From Deferribacterales bacterium (GTDB lineage Bacteria > Chrysiogenota > Deferribacteres > Deferribacterales > Geovibrionaceae), in contig JBFWMA010000002.1 of the NCBI GenBank assembly GCA_050251875.1, positions 192,001-256,000 on the forward strand: DNA of 64,000 nucleotides. The letters run 5' to 3'. Below, in pieces: positions 37,343-48,277 of this stretch. Every line of letters starts with the position of its first letter. Position 1 is the first letter of the stretch. Both the position numbers and the translations under genes were made by a program. Under the pieces are notes generated by a model. That model searched no databases. It saw only the letters and a program-made list of their open reading frames with translations, and was not told where the DNA came from.

Positions 37343-38701
37343 ATGATGAACCAAAGCCTCAAGGTAAAACTTGAGAGTGTAAGAAAACTTATCAGAAGAA
37401 ACGCCAGACAGCCGCTGGAAAAGCTGCTGGCTAAACTGCACCCCGCAGACATTGCCGCCATATATAAAAACCTCTCCGATCTGGAGAGGGAGAAAATCTG
37501 GAATTATATCCCCGACAAATCACTGGTCGCTTCATCGGTTCTTGAACTGGAAGAAGCGGACATCATAAAATTCTTCGAAGAAAAAGAGAGTAAAGACATT
37601 CTGCCCATCCTGAATGAGATGGAGACGGATGACGCCGCCGAGATCGTGCGTATGCTGCCGGACGAGATATCTAACGAGATTCTCAAAGAGTTCAGCACCA
37701 GCGACATGAGCGAGGTGGAAACCATCCTGTCCTATCCCGAATACAGCGCGGGCGGTATCATGAATACGGGCTTCTTCGCCCTCAATGAAGACCTGACCGT
37801 GAAAGAAGCCACAAAAATGCTGCATAAGGCGGAAGATCTGGAGATGGTCTTCTATCTCTATGTGACTGATGAATCAGGAAAACTATCCGGCGTTATCTCT
37901 CTGCGCCAGCTTATACTGAATCCGCCTGATAAAAAACTTTCTGAGATCATGGCTCGTGAGGTCATCAACGTCCGCACAGACACAGATCAGGAAGATGTGG
38001 CAAAAATCGTTGAAAAATATGACCTTCTGGCTCTGCCTGTCGTTGATGACGACTTCAAGCTGGTGGGTATCATCACTGTTGACGACGTTATCGACATTAT
38101 CCGTGAAGAGGCGACAGAGGATATCTACCGTATGGCGGGTACATCCGATGACGAGCTTATCTTCGGGCATAACTCATCCAAGATTGCCAGAGTCAGGCTT
38201 CCCTGGCTGCTTATAACATTTTTCGGATCACTGATAAGTGCCTCTGTCGTGAGCTACTTTCAGATAAATATGAAGGGATTCGAGCTTCTTGTGCCTTTCA
38301 TGCCGGTTATCGCCGCTATGGCTGGTAACGTGGGCTCTCAGTCCGCCACCATCCTGATAAGGGGCGTGGCGCTGGGCAAGATAAACCATAAAGATATGCT
38401 GAAAGTCACATTCAAAGAGATGCGTGTAGGGATGATTATAGGTCTGGTGGTGGGCGTTCTGCTCGGCACAGTTGGCTATATCTTCGATAAAAGCATCGTG
38501 GTGGGGCTTGTGGCGGGAATCGCCATGTTTAACTCATCCACCATCGCCGCCTTCACAGGCACGTTTGTTCCGGCTACTCTTATCAAGATGAATTTTGACC
38601 CTGCCGTGGCTTCCAGCCCGTTCATATCCATGCTGAACGACATTCTGGGTCTTACAGTATATTTCTCCACAGCTATTCTCCTTTTTAAAGTACTGGGATG
38701 A
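37343..38701 (+). CDS. mgtE: Magnesium transporter MgtE
   Basis: 'HPADIA', CBS pair, 'RLPWL', 'GNVGSQ', 'DPAVASSPF'. Confidence 0.95.
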   Translation: MMNQSLKVKLESVRKLIRRNARQPLEKLLAKLHPADIAAIYKNLSDLEREKIWNYIPDKSLVASSVLELEEADIIKFFEEKESKDILPILNEMETDDAAEIVRMLPDEISNEILKEFSTSDMSEVETILSYPEYSAGGIMNTGFFALNEDLTVKEATKMLHKAEDLEMVFYLYVTDESGKLSGVISLRQLILNPPDKKLSEIMAREVINVRTDTDQEDVAKIVEKYDLLALPVVDDDFKLVGIITVDDVIDIIREEATEDIYRMAGTSDDELIFGHNSSKIARVRLPWLLITFFGSLISASVVSYFQINMKGFELLVPFMPVIAAMAGNVGSQSATILIRGVALGKINHKDMLKVTFKEMRVGMIIGLVVGVLLGTVGYIFDKSIVVGLVAGIAMFNSSTIAAFTGTFVPATLIKMNFDPAVASSPFISMLNDILGLTVYFSTAILLFKVLG

Positions 38702-39399
38702 GCAGGGAAAGATCAGAAGCCGTCATCTATCGTCTGGTAAAATATTCTGACAGCTCCGCTATCGCCATGGCATTCAGCCGTGTTTATGGAAAACTCAAAC
38801 TCTTCATACCAAAAGCATATACGAAGAAAGGCGGGGTGATTTCCTTTATGCCGGGGATGCTGGATTTTGCCAGAAAACCCACAGACCTCAGCAGATATTA
38901 TTCATTCGAACCGGACACCGCATTTTATAAATATCTGAATAATCACGATATTATCATGCGTCTTCATCTGATATTCGAGATATATGACGGGCTTTATCAC
39001 ATGGATATGCCGGATGAAAAGCTCTTTGACCTGATTCTGAAGATGGATGATACAAACTTTCGCAAAATAACCCCGTATATAATTTACTTTATGCTGAAAC
39101 ACTCCGGCGTGATGTTCGAGCTGGACGCCTGTGTCAACTGCGCCTCGGACGAGGATTTATACACCGTCACGTCCAACGGCATATTCTGTTCCGTCTGTTC
39201 GGCGGATCTCAGCCTGAAGAGCTGCTGTGACAAGGAATCGTCATATATCATAAAATGCTTCGGAAACAGCTCTCTGTACAGAAATCTGACGGTGAACCGC
39301 AAGCAGGAGATTCAGGTTCTGACGGCTCTCTCCGGCTATGCGGAGCACATTCTGGAACGTCCGCTGAAAAGCATAAAAACCGTTTTTGACATAATCTGA
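38698..39399 (+). CDS. recO: DNA repair protein RecO (divergent)
   Basis: N-terminal OB-like region, CxxC...CxxC zinc finger, era-mgtE-recO synteny. Confidence 0.8.
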   Translation: MSRERSEAVIYRLVKYSDSSAIAMAFSRVYGKLKLFIPKAYTKKGGVISFMPGMLDFARKPTDLSRYYSFEPDTAFYKYLNNHDIIMRLHLIFEIYDGLYHMDMPDEKLFDLILKMDDTNFRKITPYIIYFMLKHSGVMFELDACVNCASDEDLYTVTSNGIFCSVCSADLSLKSCCDKESSYIIKCFGNSSLYRNLTVNRKQEIQVLTALSGYAEHILERPLKSIKTVFDII

Positions 39400-39569
39400 C
39401 AACTGTGTGATAACTAAATAAAATATTAAATATTCAGTATTATAGGTAAAATTAATACCTGTTATTTTCTTTACATTTTTCCTGTGTGAGATTACACTTA
39501 ATAAGTGCTTCACATATAACAAAATTCGAGGACTGAAATACGTCCTTATAGCGATTATAAGAGGTTATC

Positions 39570-40574
39570 ATGGAGAAAGGCGTTACAACCCTGAGCAGGT
39601 TTCTTATGGAAGAGCAGAGGGCTTTTCCCGAGGCGACCGGTGATTTTACACTGCTGATCGAATCTATCGGATTTGCTTCGAAGATTATCGGCCGTGAAGT
39701 GAACAAGGCGGGCATAGTCAACATAATCGGAAAAGCGCAGTCTATCAACGTGCACGGCGAAGAACAGCAGAAGCTGGACGTATACGCCGACAGAAAGGTT
39801 ATCAGCGCTCTGGACCACCTGGGCAAGCTCTGCGCTATGGCTTCCGAGGAGAATGACGAGGTCATTCAGATTCCTCAGGAATATCCCAAAGGAAAATATC
39901 TGGCGGTTTTTGACCCGCTGGACGGTTCCAGCAACATCGATGTGAACATCAGCATCGGAACCATCTTCGGAATTTTCAGAAGAAAAGATTCATCCAACTT
40001 AGAAACTCCCTGCTGTCAGGACTTTTTCCAGACCGGACGCAGTATGGTAGCCGCCGGATATGTTATATACGGCTCATCTACCATGATGGTATATTCCGCC
40101 GGAAACGGTGTCCACGGGTTTACTCTGGACCCCAGTATCGGAGAATACATCCTCAGCCACCCGTATATGAAAATCCCCGAACAGGGCAAGATATACAGCA
40201 TTAACGAAGCCAACTATCACAAATGGGACGAACCCACCAGAAAATTCACAGAACACCTGAAAAATCACCCCGACAGAGAATACACAGCCAGATATATCGG
40301 CTCTCTGGTGGCTGATTTCCACAGAAACCTGCTGAAAGGCGGAGTGTTCCTGTATCCCGGCGATTCCAAAAACGAAAAAGGCAAGCTGAGACTGCTCTAT
40401 GAGTGCGCTCCGCTGGCTTATCTGATAGAAAACGCAGGCGGAATGGCGACAGACGGCGAACGCAATATTCTGGATATCCTTCCGGAATCTCTGCACCAGA
40501 AAGTACCTTTCTGCATCGGCTCAAAATACGAAGTGGAAACCTATCTGAAATATAAAAGGGGCGAGCTGAAATAG
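39570..40574 (+). CDS. fbp: Class 1 fructose-1,6-bisphosphatase
   Basis: 'DPLDGSSNID', 'RYIGSLVADFHR', 'GKLRLLYE'. Confidence 0.97.
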   Translation: MEKGVTTLSRFLMEEQRAFPEATGDFTLLIESIGFASKIIGREVNKAGIVNIIGKAQSINVHGEEQQKLDVYADRKVISALDHLGKLCAMASEENDEVIQIPQEYPKGKYLAVFDPLDGSSNIDVNISIGTIFGIFRRKDSSNLETPCCQDFFQTGRSMVAAGYVIYGSSTMMVYSAGNGVHGFTLDPSIGEYILSHPYMKIPEQGKIYSINEANYHKWDEPTRKFTEHLKNHPDREYTARYIGSLVADFHRNLLKGGVFLYPGDSKNEKGKLRLLYECAPLAYLIENAGGMATDGERNILDILPESLHQKVPFCIGSKYEVETYLKYKRGELK

Positions 40575-40577
40575 ATA

Positions 40578-41402
40578 ATGCTGATAGGCGCTCATAAATC
40601 TATTTCCGGCTCCATAGACAAAAGCATTGAGAGGGCACTCGCAGACGGCTGTGAGTGCCTTCAGATTTTTGTGAAGAACAAGAACCGATGGGAGGGAAAA
40701 CCTCTCTCAGAAGAAGATGCCGAAAATTTTCGAAACGCTCTGAAAAAGAGCGGTCTGGGCGTTTCTGCCCACGCTTCATATCTTATCAACCCTGCCACCG
40801 ACAAACAGGACGTTTATGACAAATCCATTCTGTCGTTCACAGATGAGCTGACCCGCTGCGACAGGCTGACTGTGCCTTATTATGTCATTCATCCCGGCGC
40901 CCATCTGGGGCAGGGGACTGAGACCGGAACGGCAAAAGCGGCGAAATTTCTAGACAGAGTCTATTCAGCGCATGATTTTTCTGTTATGACACTGTTAGAG
41001 ACCACGTCCGGCATGGGAACGTGCCTGGGACACAGAATAGAAGAGATAGCGAAAATAATCGATCTGGCGGACTGTAAAGAAAAAATAGGTGTATGCCTCG
41101 ATTCATGTCACATTTTTGCCGCCGGATATGATATAAAAGACAGATATGACGATGTTTTCGCTGAGTTTTTCTCTGTTTTCGGGGATAAGATAAAAGTATT
41201 TCATCTGAACGACAGCAAAAAACCATTGGCGAGCCGTCTGGACAGGCACGAGCTGATAGCCGAGGGGCTGATAGGCGGAGATTTTTTCAGAAGAGCCGTG
41301 AACGATATCAGGTTCAAAGACGTTATGGGGATTCTGGAAACTCCGGTAGAAGATACTTATAAAGAAGAAATAAATAAACTTAAATCATACAGGGAGCTGT
41401 GA
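40578..41402 (+). CDS. nfo: Endonuclease IV
   Basis: 'HASYLIN', 'HPG', 'LLET', 'CLDSCH', 'HLNDSK', 'DRH', 'ETP'. Confidence 0.95.
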   Translation: MLIGAHKSISGSIDKSIERALADGCECLQIFVKNKNRWEGKPLSEEDAENFRNALKKSGLGVSAHASYLINPATDKQDVYDKSILSFTDELTRCDRLTVPYYVIHPGAHLGQGTETGTAKAAKFLDRVYSAHDFSVMTLLETTSGMGTCLGHRIEEIAKIIDLADCKEKIGVCLDSCHIFAAGYDIKDRYDDVFAEFFSVFGDKIKVFHLNDSKKPLASRLDRHELIAEGLIGGDFFRRAVNDIRFKDVMGILETPVEDTYKEEINKLKSYREL

Positions 41403-41403
41403 A

Positions 41404-42948
41404 ATGGAAGTCAATGAGACACCGGTAGTCACTATTATGAAAGAGCTGATAAAGCCCGAGAAAATCATGGAAACCCACGGATCATACACTTTTCTGAAGG
41501 ATGATCTGGTGTATAAAGTGAAAAAATCGGTGGATTACGGTTTTCTGGACTACAGCTCGAAGAAAAAGCGCAAGGCTATGTGTATTCTGGAAAAAGAACT
41601 GAACGAGCGCTTCTGCTCCGGAATATATCTGGATGTGCTGAAAATAGTGAGAAAAGAAAAATCTTTTGATCTGGTGAATTACGACAGCACTCTGCTGACC
41701 ATCGACTACTGCGTTAAGATGAAGAGGATTCCGGATGCTGATTTCCTCTCCACAAAGGTCGCGAATAACGAGATATCCAGAGAAAAAGCCGAAAATATCG
41801 GTGAAAACATCGGAAAACTCTTTAAAGGAATAAAAACTGACCCTTTTGCCGCTGATTTTAACGGTAATTTCAGCGTGGTTAAGTTCAACTGCGAAGAAAA
41901 TTTCAGCCAGACGGAAGGATACAGAGGCAGATTCATAGACGATGAGCTTTTTGCCTTTATCAAAAAACAGACACTGAAGTTTCTGGAGGAAAATTCAGAA
42001 CTGTTCGACAGAAGGGTTAAAGAGGGATTCGTCATAGACGGTCACGGCGACCTGCGTCTGGAGCATATCTTTATGCACGGCGATGATTTTGGTCTGATAG
42101 ACTGCATTGAGTTCAACCAGAGATTCCGTTTCAACGATGCCGTTTCCGAGGCGGCGTTCCTCAGCATGGAGCTGGACTACATGGGAAAAACTGATCTGGC
42201 TGACGGTATCCTCAGCGGATTTTTCAAAATGTATGACGATGAGGAATCCAAAAAACTGCTGAATTTCTACAGATGTTACAGAGCCTATGTCAGGGCAAAG
42301 GTAGCGTGTTTTATGATAGACGGAAAAGACGGAAGCTGGGAGCTTTACGAGGCTAAGAAGGCCGAGGTCAAGCGTCTGGTGGACATGGCGGCGGTGTACG
42401 CCATAAACATGTTCGACACAAAATGCCTGGTTTTCTATGGTCTGATGGCATCCGGAAAGACTAAAAACGCCGACAAATTCACATCCATGTTTCCTGTGGA
42501 GCATGTGAACACAGACGTTATCAGAAAGCTGATGCACGGGCTCGATCCGGAGAAAAACGTTCATGTGGATTTCGGAGTGGATATCTATTCTAAGGAAAAC
42601 TCGCTGAAACTCTATGACGAGCTGGGCAGAATAGCCGAAAACAACATGCGCATAGGGCGGATGACACTGATAGACGGCAGTTTCAGCAAGACGGAGTATC
42701 TGGACAGGATAAAAGCGAACTGCTCATGCGGATTTAAAAAAATAAGGTTTTTCGCCTCCGAAGATGCTACCATTGAGCGTCTGGAGAAGAGAAAGAACAA
42801 AATATGCGTTTCTGACGGGCGTATAGAAATATATGAAAGCCAGAAGAGGTCAGCGCAGGACATCGGCGCTGATTTCGAGATTGAGACCGTTGGACGCACG
42901 GAAGACAACGCTGAGAAGGTATTAAGGTTTTTGATTAATGAAATGTAA
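41404..42948 (+). CDS. Bifunctional APH-like kinase / P-loop (AAA_33) protein
   Basis: 'ETH.S', 'YKVKK.VDYGFLDYS', 'HGDLRLEH', 'DCIEFN', 'GLMASGKT'. Confidence 0.88.
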   Translation: MEVNETPVVTIMKELIKPEKIMETHGSYTFLKDDLVYKVKKSVDYGFLDYSSKKKRKAMCILEKELNERFCSGIYLDVLKIVRKEKSFDLVNYDSTLLTIDYCVKMKRIPDADFLSTKVANNEISREKAENIGENIGKLFKGIKTDPFAADFNGNFSVVKFNCEENFSQTEGYRGRFIDDELFAFIKKQTLKFLEENSELFDRRVKEGFVIDGHGDLRLEHIFMHGDDFGLIDCIEFNQRFRFNDAVSEAAFLSMELDYMGKTDLADGILSGFFKMYDDEESKKLLNFYRCYRAYVRAKVACFMIDGKDGSWELYEAKKAEVKRLVDMAAVYAINMFDTKCLVFYGLMASGKTKNADKFTSMFPVEHVNTDVIRKLMHGLDPEKNVHVDFGVDIYSKENSLKLYDELGRIAENNMRIGRMTLIDGSFSKTEYLDRIKANCSCGFKKIRFFASEDATIERLEKRKNKICVSDGRIEIYESQKRSAQDIGADFEIETVGRTEDNAEKVLRFLINEM

Positions 42949-43927
42949 TTTTGATATCAAGCAGGTAAACTCGCCTTTCGAGGATACCGCTTTTCTGGTG
43001 CGCAATACTTATAAGACCGAGTCGATGCTTTTTGACTGCGGGCGGATAGGCGCATTGAGCAATTCAGAAGTTTTATCTATTTCAGAGATATTTATAAGCC
43101 ACACTCACATAGATCACTTTTACGGATTCGACAGAATTCTGAGAGGGACTCTCCTCTCCGGCAAGAAATTCCGGGTGTTCGGTCCTCCAGGGATCATAAA
43201 GAACGTCCGGGGCAAGATCGATTCATACACATGGAACCTGATAAAGAGCTATCCCGTGAGCTATGAGGTGATAGAGCTGAACGACAGCAAGAAGGAATAC
43301 CGCACGGCATCGTTTTCGGCTTTTGACGGATTCGATCAGGTGGACGGTTCCATACTCCACGATGACATTCTGCTGGGTGACGGGTTCAGGCTGGATTTCG
43401 AGCTTTTCGACCACAGGGTGCCGTCAGTGGGCTATCGTGTTACAGAGAAAGAGATGGTGGCGGTGAACAAAACAGCGCTGACAGACAGCGGATATGTCTC
43501 CGGCAAATGGCTGGGCGAGCTGAAGAACAGGATTCTGTCAGACGACATGGACAGTCTGATAGAGGCTGAAATGAAAGACGGCGTGAAAGAGGTGAAGGTA
43601 TCTCAGGCGGCTTCTGCCTTTATAGAATATGTCAGACCCCAGTCTGTTACATTTATCACCGATATTGCTCCCAGTCTGGAAAACTGCCGGAAAGCCGTAC
43701 AGCTTGCGAAAGATACTGATGTTCTTCTGATAGAAGGCGTTTTTCTGAAAGAGGACGTGGCGCACGCCAACCGAAAAAAACACCTGACGCTCGATCTGTC
43801 CAAATATATCTTCAGGGAATCCGGAGCGAAAAAAGCTCGTTTCTTTCACTTCGCCCCCAGATATGACGCCGACAGAAGAGCTTTTTACGATAGATTATAC
43901 GATGGCATGGACGGGCTGATTTACTGA
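42938..43927 (+). CDS. RNase Z-like metallo-beta-lactamase fold protein
   Basis: 'SHTHIDHFYG', 'DH', 'FITD', 'HLT', 'FHFAPRY'. Confidence 0.85.
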   Translation: MKCNFDIKQVNSPFEDTAFLVRNTYKTESMLFDCGRIGALSNSEVLSISEIFISHTHIDHFYGFDRILRGTLLSGKKFRVFGPPGIIKNVRGKIDSYTWNLIKSYPVSYEVIELNDSKKEYRTASFSAFDGFDQVDGSILHDDILLGDGFRLDFELFDHRVPSVGYRVTEKEMVAVNKTALTDSGYVSGKWLGELKNRILSDDMDSLIEAEMKDGVKEVKVSQAASAFIEYVRPQSVTFITDIAPSLENCRKAVQLAKDTDVLLIEGVFLKEDVAHANRKKHLTLDLSKYIFRESGAKKARFFHFAPRYDADRRAFYDRLYDGMDGLIY

Positions 43928-44763
43928 TGATAAGAGAGCTGAAGCCTTTTATGGATCTGACGGATGTGGAGGATATCGAACTCGCCGAGCTTGATTTCAA
44001 GCGGGCTGAGTCGGAGTCCGTGACACATCAGGACAACTATCCCTCCTTTCACAAGGCAGGTGATATCGGCGTTCTTCTGGTTCATGGGTTCACGGCGAGC
44101 CCGCTGGAGATGAAACCTCTGGCGGATTATCTGGAGAGTCTCGGTTTTTCGGTTTATAACGCCCGAATAGTCGGTCACGGATCAGACTATAAATACATAA
44201 ACATGACGGATTACGGCGACTGGTACGACTCTGTGAAATACGGATTTTTCACGCTGAAGCGCAACTGTAAGAAAATCTTTGTGATAGGCGAGTCCATGGG
44301 CGGGCTGGTCTCTCTGATGACGGCGCACCTGAACGGAGCGGCGGGGGCTGTGCTTCTGGCTCCCTGCATACGCATCAAGGCGCCTCTGGCTAACCTGACT
44401 CCCTACATCTCAGGAATCCTGCCGAAACTGCCTAAGCTGGGCTTCGACATGCAGTATGCCGATATATATTACAACAACTGGCCCATGGTTGGCGTTGGCG
44501 AGCTCTATCATTTTACTGTGTACGTTCAGAAGGTGATGCGGGATTTCAGCATGCCTCTGCTGGGGTTTCAGTTCCCGGGTGATGTGGTGGTGAACGCAAA
44601 AGCCACAAAAGAATTTTTTGAAAATGTGCCCTCTGTGGATAAAACATACAGACAATTTCCTAAGGGAGACGGGCAAACTCATATATTGACATCGCATTTC
44701 AATCAGTATAGAGATGAAATGTTCAAAGAAATCGCCGAATGGATGCGAAAAAGGGGAATATGA
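43927..44763 (+). CDS. Alpha/beta hydrolase (carboxylesterase-like)
   Basis: 'HGFTASP', nucleophile 'GESMGG'. Confidence 0.88.
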   Translation: MIRELKPFMDLTDVEDIELAELDFKRAESESVTHQDNYPSFHKAGDIGVLLVHGFTASPLEMKPLADYLESLGFSVYNARIVGHGSDYKYINMTDYGDWYDSVKYGFFTLKRNCKKIFVIGESMGGLVSLMTAHLNGAAGAVLLAPCIRIKAPLANLTPYISGILPKLPKLGFDMQYADIYYNNWPMVGVGELYHFTVYVQKVMRDFSMPLLGFQFPGDVVVNAKATKEFFENVPSVDKTYRQFPKGDGQTHILTSHFNQYRDEMFKEIAEWMRKRGI

Positions 44764-45572
44764 TGATAAAAAACTGCCGGATTGGGTTCATTGGCGCCGG
44801 AAATATGGCGGAAGCCATAGTAAAAGGACTGACATCAGGCTCTGAAAAACCTCAGATAGCCGTCAGCGACATGAGCGTGGAAAGGCTGGAACTCTTTAAA
44901 ACATCATATAAAGCGGATGTGACAAAAGACAACCTGAAGGTTGCCGGTTTTGCCGATATACTGGTTCTGGCTGTGAAACCGCAGGTTATGCCGATGGTTC
45001 TCGATCAGATAAAAGACAGCGTTAATAACAAACTGGTGGTCTCCATAGCGGCGGGCATCAGAACAGACGCCATAGAATATATTCTGGGGTCAGACACGAA
45101 AGTCGTGCGTGTTATGCCCAATACGCCTTCTCTGGTTCTGGAGGGAGCTGCGGCTATATGCGGCGGAACATCGGCGGAAGAAGCCGATCTGGCTCTGGTG
45201 CGTGAGATGCTCTCAGCCGTGGGCGTGTGCATAGTGACAGACGAATCAAAGATGGACGCCGTAACCGGGCTTTCCGGAAGCGGACCCGCATACGTTTATC
45301 AGTTTATCGAGGCGCTCAGCGATGCCGGTGTCAAGATGGGGCTGACCAGAGCTGACGCCGTAAAACTGGCGGCACAGACAGTGCTGGGCTCCGCTAAGAT
45401 GGTTCTGGAGACCGGAAAACACCCCGGCGAGCTGAAAGACGCCGTGACATCCCCCGGCGGAACGACCATATGCGGTCTGCACGAGCTGGAGAAGGGCGGT
45501 CTGCGCTCCACAGTGATGAACGCCGTTGAGGCGGCTTCTAAAAAATCTGAAGAGCTGGGAAAGAAGAAATAG
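44760..45572 (+). CDS. proC: Pyrroline-5-carboxylate reductase
   Basis: 'GAGNMA', 'AVKPQ', 'RVMPNT', 'SGSGPAY', 'SPGGTT'; start reassigned to ATG 44760. Confidence 0.96.
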   Translation: MMIKNCRIGFIGAGNMAEAIVKGLTSGSEKPQIAVSDMSVERLELFKTSYKADVTKDNLKVAGFADILVLAVKPQVMPMVLDQIKDSVNNKLVVSIAAGIRTDAIEYILGSDTKVVRVMPNTPSLVLEGAAAICGGTSAEEADLALVREMLSAVGVCIVTDESKMDAVTGLSGSGPAYVYQFIEALSDAGVKMGLTRADAVKLAAQTVLGSAKMVLETGKHPGELKDAVTSPGGTTICGLHELEKGGLRSTVMNAVEAASKKSEELGKKK

Positions 45573-45671
45573 TAAAGTATTTGTGCAAAAAATTCTCACC
45601 GTTGTAAACATTTTGCATGCTTAATATATGTTAAGTAATTGATGATATGATATTTTATACTGATAAAATAA

Positions 45672-45687
45672 TGGCACGGCTATTGCG
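45672..45687 (+). promoter_or_regulatory. Sigma54 (-24/-12) promoter
   Basis: TGGCACGGCTATTGCG matches TGGCAC-N5-TTGC. Confidence 0.8.
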
Positions 45688-45710
45688 TTAATCTTCTCAG
45701 GAGGAAACAA

Positions 45711-46001
45711 ATGAGAAAGTTCAAACCCACAGTCTCTGTTATTTTACTGGTTCTGTTTCTGATATCCGCCGTGAGCGGACTGGTGATGTTCTTTATGCCT
45801 CACCATCCCAGACCCGAAGCTGTCCAGACGGCAGGAGCCGTTGCTCAGGCGGTGAAAGATACCGCCCGTGAAGGCGGCAGGTCGATAGTGTTTTATATCA
45901 AGAACGCCCATGAATATCTTTCGGTTATTATGGCGTTTACCGCGATACTGCACATCATGCTCAACTGGAGCAGTCTGAAAAGCTATATCATCAGAAGATA
46001 A
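45711..46001 (+). CDS. Small two-TM His-containing membrane protein (DUF4405-like)
   Basis: RBS AGGAGG; 'SG..M' TM1, 'HEY....H..LNW' TM2. Confidence 0.75.
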   Translation: MRKFKPTVSVILLVLFLISAVSGLVMFFMPHHPRPEAVQTAGAVAQAVKDTAREGGRSIVFYIKNAHEYLSVIMAFTAILHIMLNWSSLKSYIIRR

Positions 46002-46002
46002 T

Positions 46003-46028
46003 AAAAAAGGCGGTCATTTGACCGCCTT
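46003..46028. terminator. Intrinsic terminator between convergent genes
   Basis: AAAAAAGGCGGTCA-TT-TGACCGCCTT. Confidence 0.8.
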
Positions 46029-46034
46029 ATCAGT

Positions 46035-47123
<1,089 letters not shown>

Positions 47124-47143
47124 TTAAATTTATTAGCTCAAAA

Positions 47144-47172
47144 AATATATACTAACAGTTTGGTAAAGTCAA
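47144..47172 (-). promoter_or_regulatory. Putative sigma70 promoter for leuB
   Basis: TTGACT-17nt-TATATT. Confidence 0.55.
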
Positions 47173-47188
47173 ACTGTATAATGTTCAA

Positions 47189-48277
47189 TTACATTGAATG
47201 TTCTTTTCTGTATATCAGGTATGCCGACACCATGGCGAATACGATTATAGGCAGAAAAGCGCCGAAAAATGGCGAGAGAACACCGTTTTTGCCCAGAGAA
47301 AGGCAGGACGAAACCAGCATCCAGTAAGCAAAACCGGCAGAGACAGTCACCGCCGCCACTTTGATGTGGGAATAGTTTCTGTTGAAGTTGATAGTCAGAG
47401 GGAAGATCGTCATGATTATAACTATAACATTCAGCGAGTGGGCAAATATTTTATATATCTGCATGGTGTATTTGCTGGTGTTCACCTTCTGTTCCTGCAT
47501 GACCTCTCTCACCTTATAGATGTCTGATATGGATACATATCTGGGTTTCAGAAAGGGCATTTCGGACAGTTCGTCAAAAATAGGTTTATCCGCCAGAATG
47601 TTCCATCTGCCGTAAGTTTTTTTCGGGATGGGCTGCATGGAATATTTCTTCTGATTGTGCAGAAGCCAGCCTTTGTCACGTTTTTTCGCTGAATTGTATG
47701 TTTCAATGGACTGCACCTGAAGGTCTTTGTCCAGCATAAATTCCGTAACATAGTGAAATTCCATCTTCTCCGGATCCACAACACGGATGTGGATGAATTT
47801 ATTCTCTTTCATTTTCAGCCAGATGTCGGTGAGCGTGGGGCGCACGTCCATCTGTTTTTTGAAAATGTGCTCAGAGGCGAATTTTTCACGGAGATACATC
47901 ACCTTCGGGTTGATGCTGTTCGCTGTGAAGAGCAGAAGCGCCGCCACCGCCACTCCGCAGTATATGAAGGGAAACGCCAGATTGCGTATTTTGCCCCCCA
48001 GAGAGACGTAAGCGGTAAGCTCGTTGTGCTTTATCAGGGTTATCATCACCAGCAGAGTGGAGAAAACAATGGACAGAGGCACGCTGGAATATATCAGGAA
48101 AGGAACTTTCATCAGATTGTATATGACGACATCTTTTATGGACGCGTCATATTTTTCCGCCAGCCCTGTCTGTGACGCCGCCTCCGCCAGCAGAGAAACG
48201 ATAGTAACCAAAAGCTGAACGGCGATGGAATATTTCAGAAACAGCAGCATTACATATTTGTTGAATTTGGAGATCAT
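47189..48277 (-). CDS. lptG: LPS export permease LptG-like
   Basis: 'HNELTAY.SLG', 3+3 TM topology, second of the pair. Confidence 0.8.
   Translation of the reverse strand: MISKFNKYVMLLFLKYSIAVQLLVTIVSLLAEAASQTGLAEKYDASIKDVVIYNLMKVPFLIYSSVPLSIVFSTLLVMITLIKHNELTAYVSLGGKIRNLAFPFIYCGVAVAALLLFTANSINPKVMYLREKFASEHIFKKQMDVRPTLTDIWLKMKENKFIHIRVVDPEKMEFHYVTEFMLDKDLQVQSIETYNSAKKRDKGWLLHNQKKYSMQPIPKKTYGRWNILADKPIFDELSEMPFLKPRYVSISDIYKVREVMQEQKVNTSKYTMQIYKIFAHSLNVIVIIMTIFPLTINFNRNYSHIKVAAVTVSAGFAYWMLVSSCLSLGKNGVLSPFFGAFLPIIVFAMVSAYLIYRKEHSM

Noticed and set aside
39452..39865. 137-aa minus-strand ORF spanning the fbp start
   Set aside because: Mostly antisense to fbp, no RBS or recognisable domain.
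45609..45637. dif-like sequence (…ATATGTTAAGT)
   Set aside because: Only a partial XerD-arm resemblance in AT-rich promoter DNA; XerC arm not convincing.
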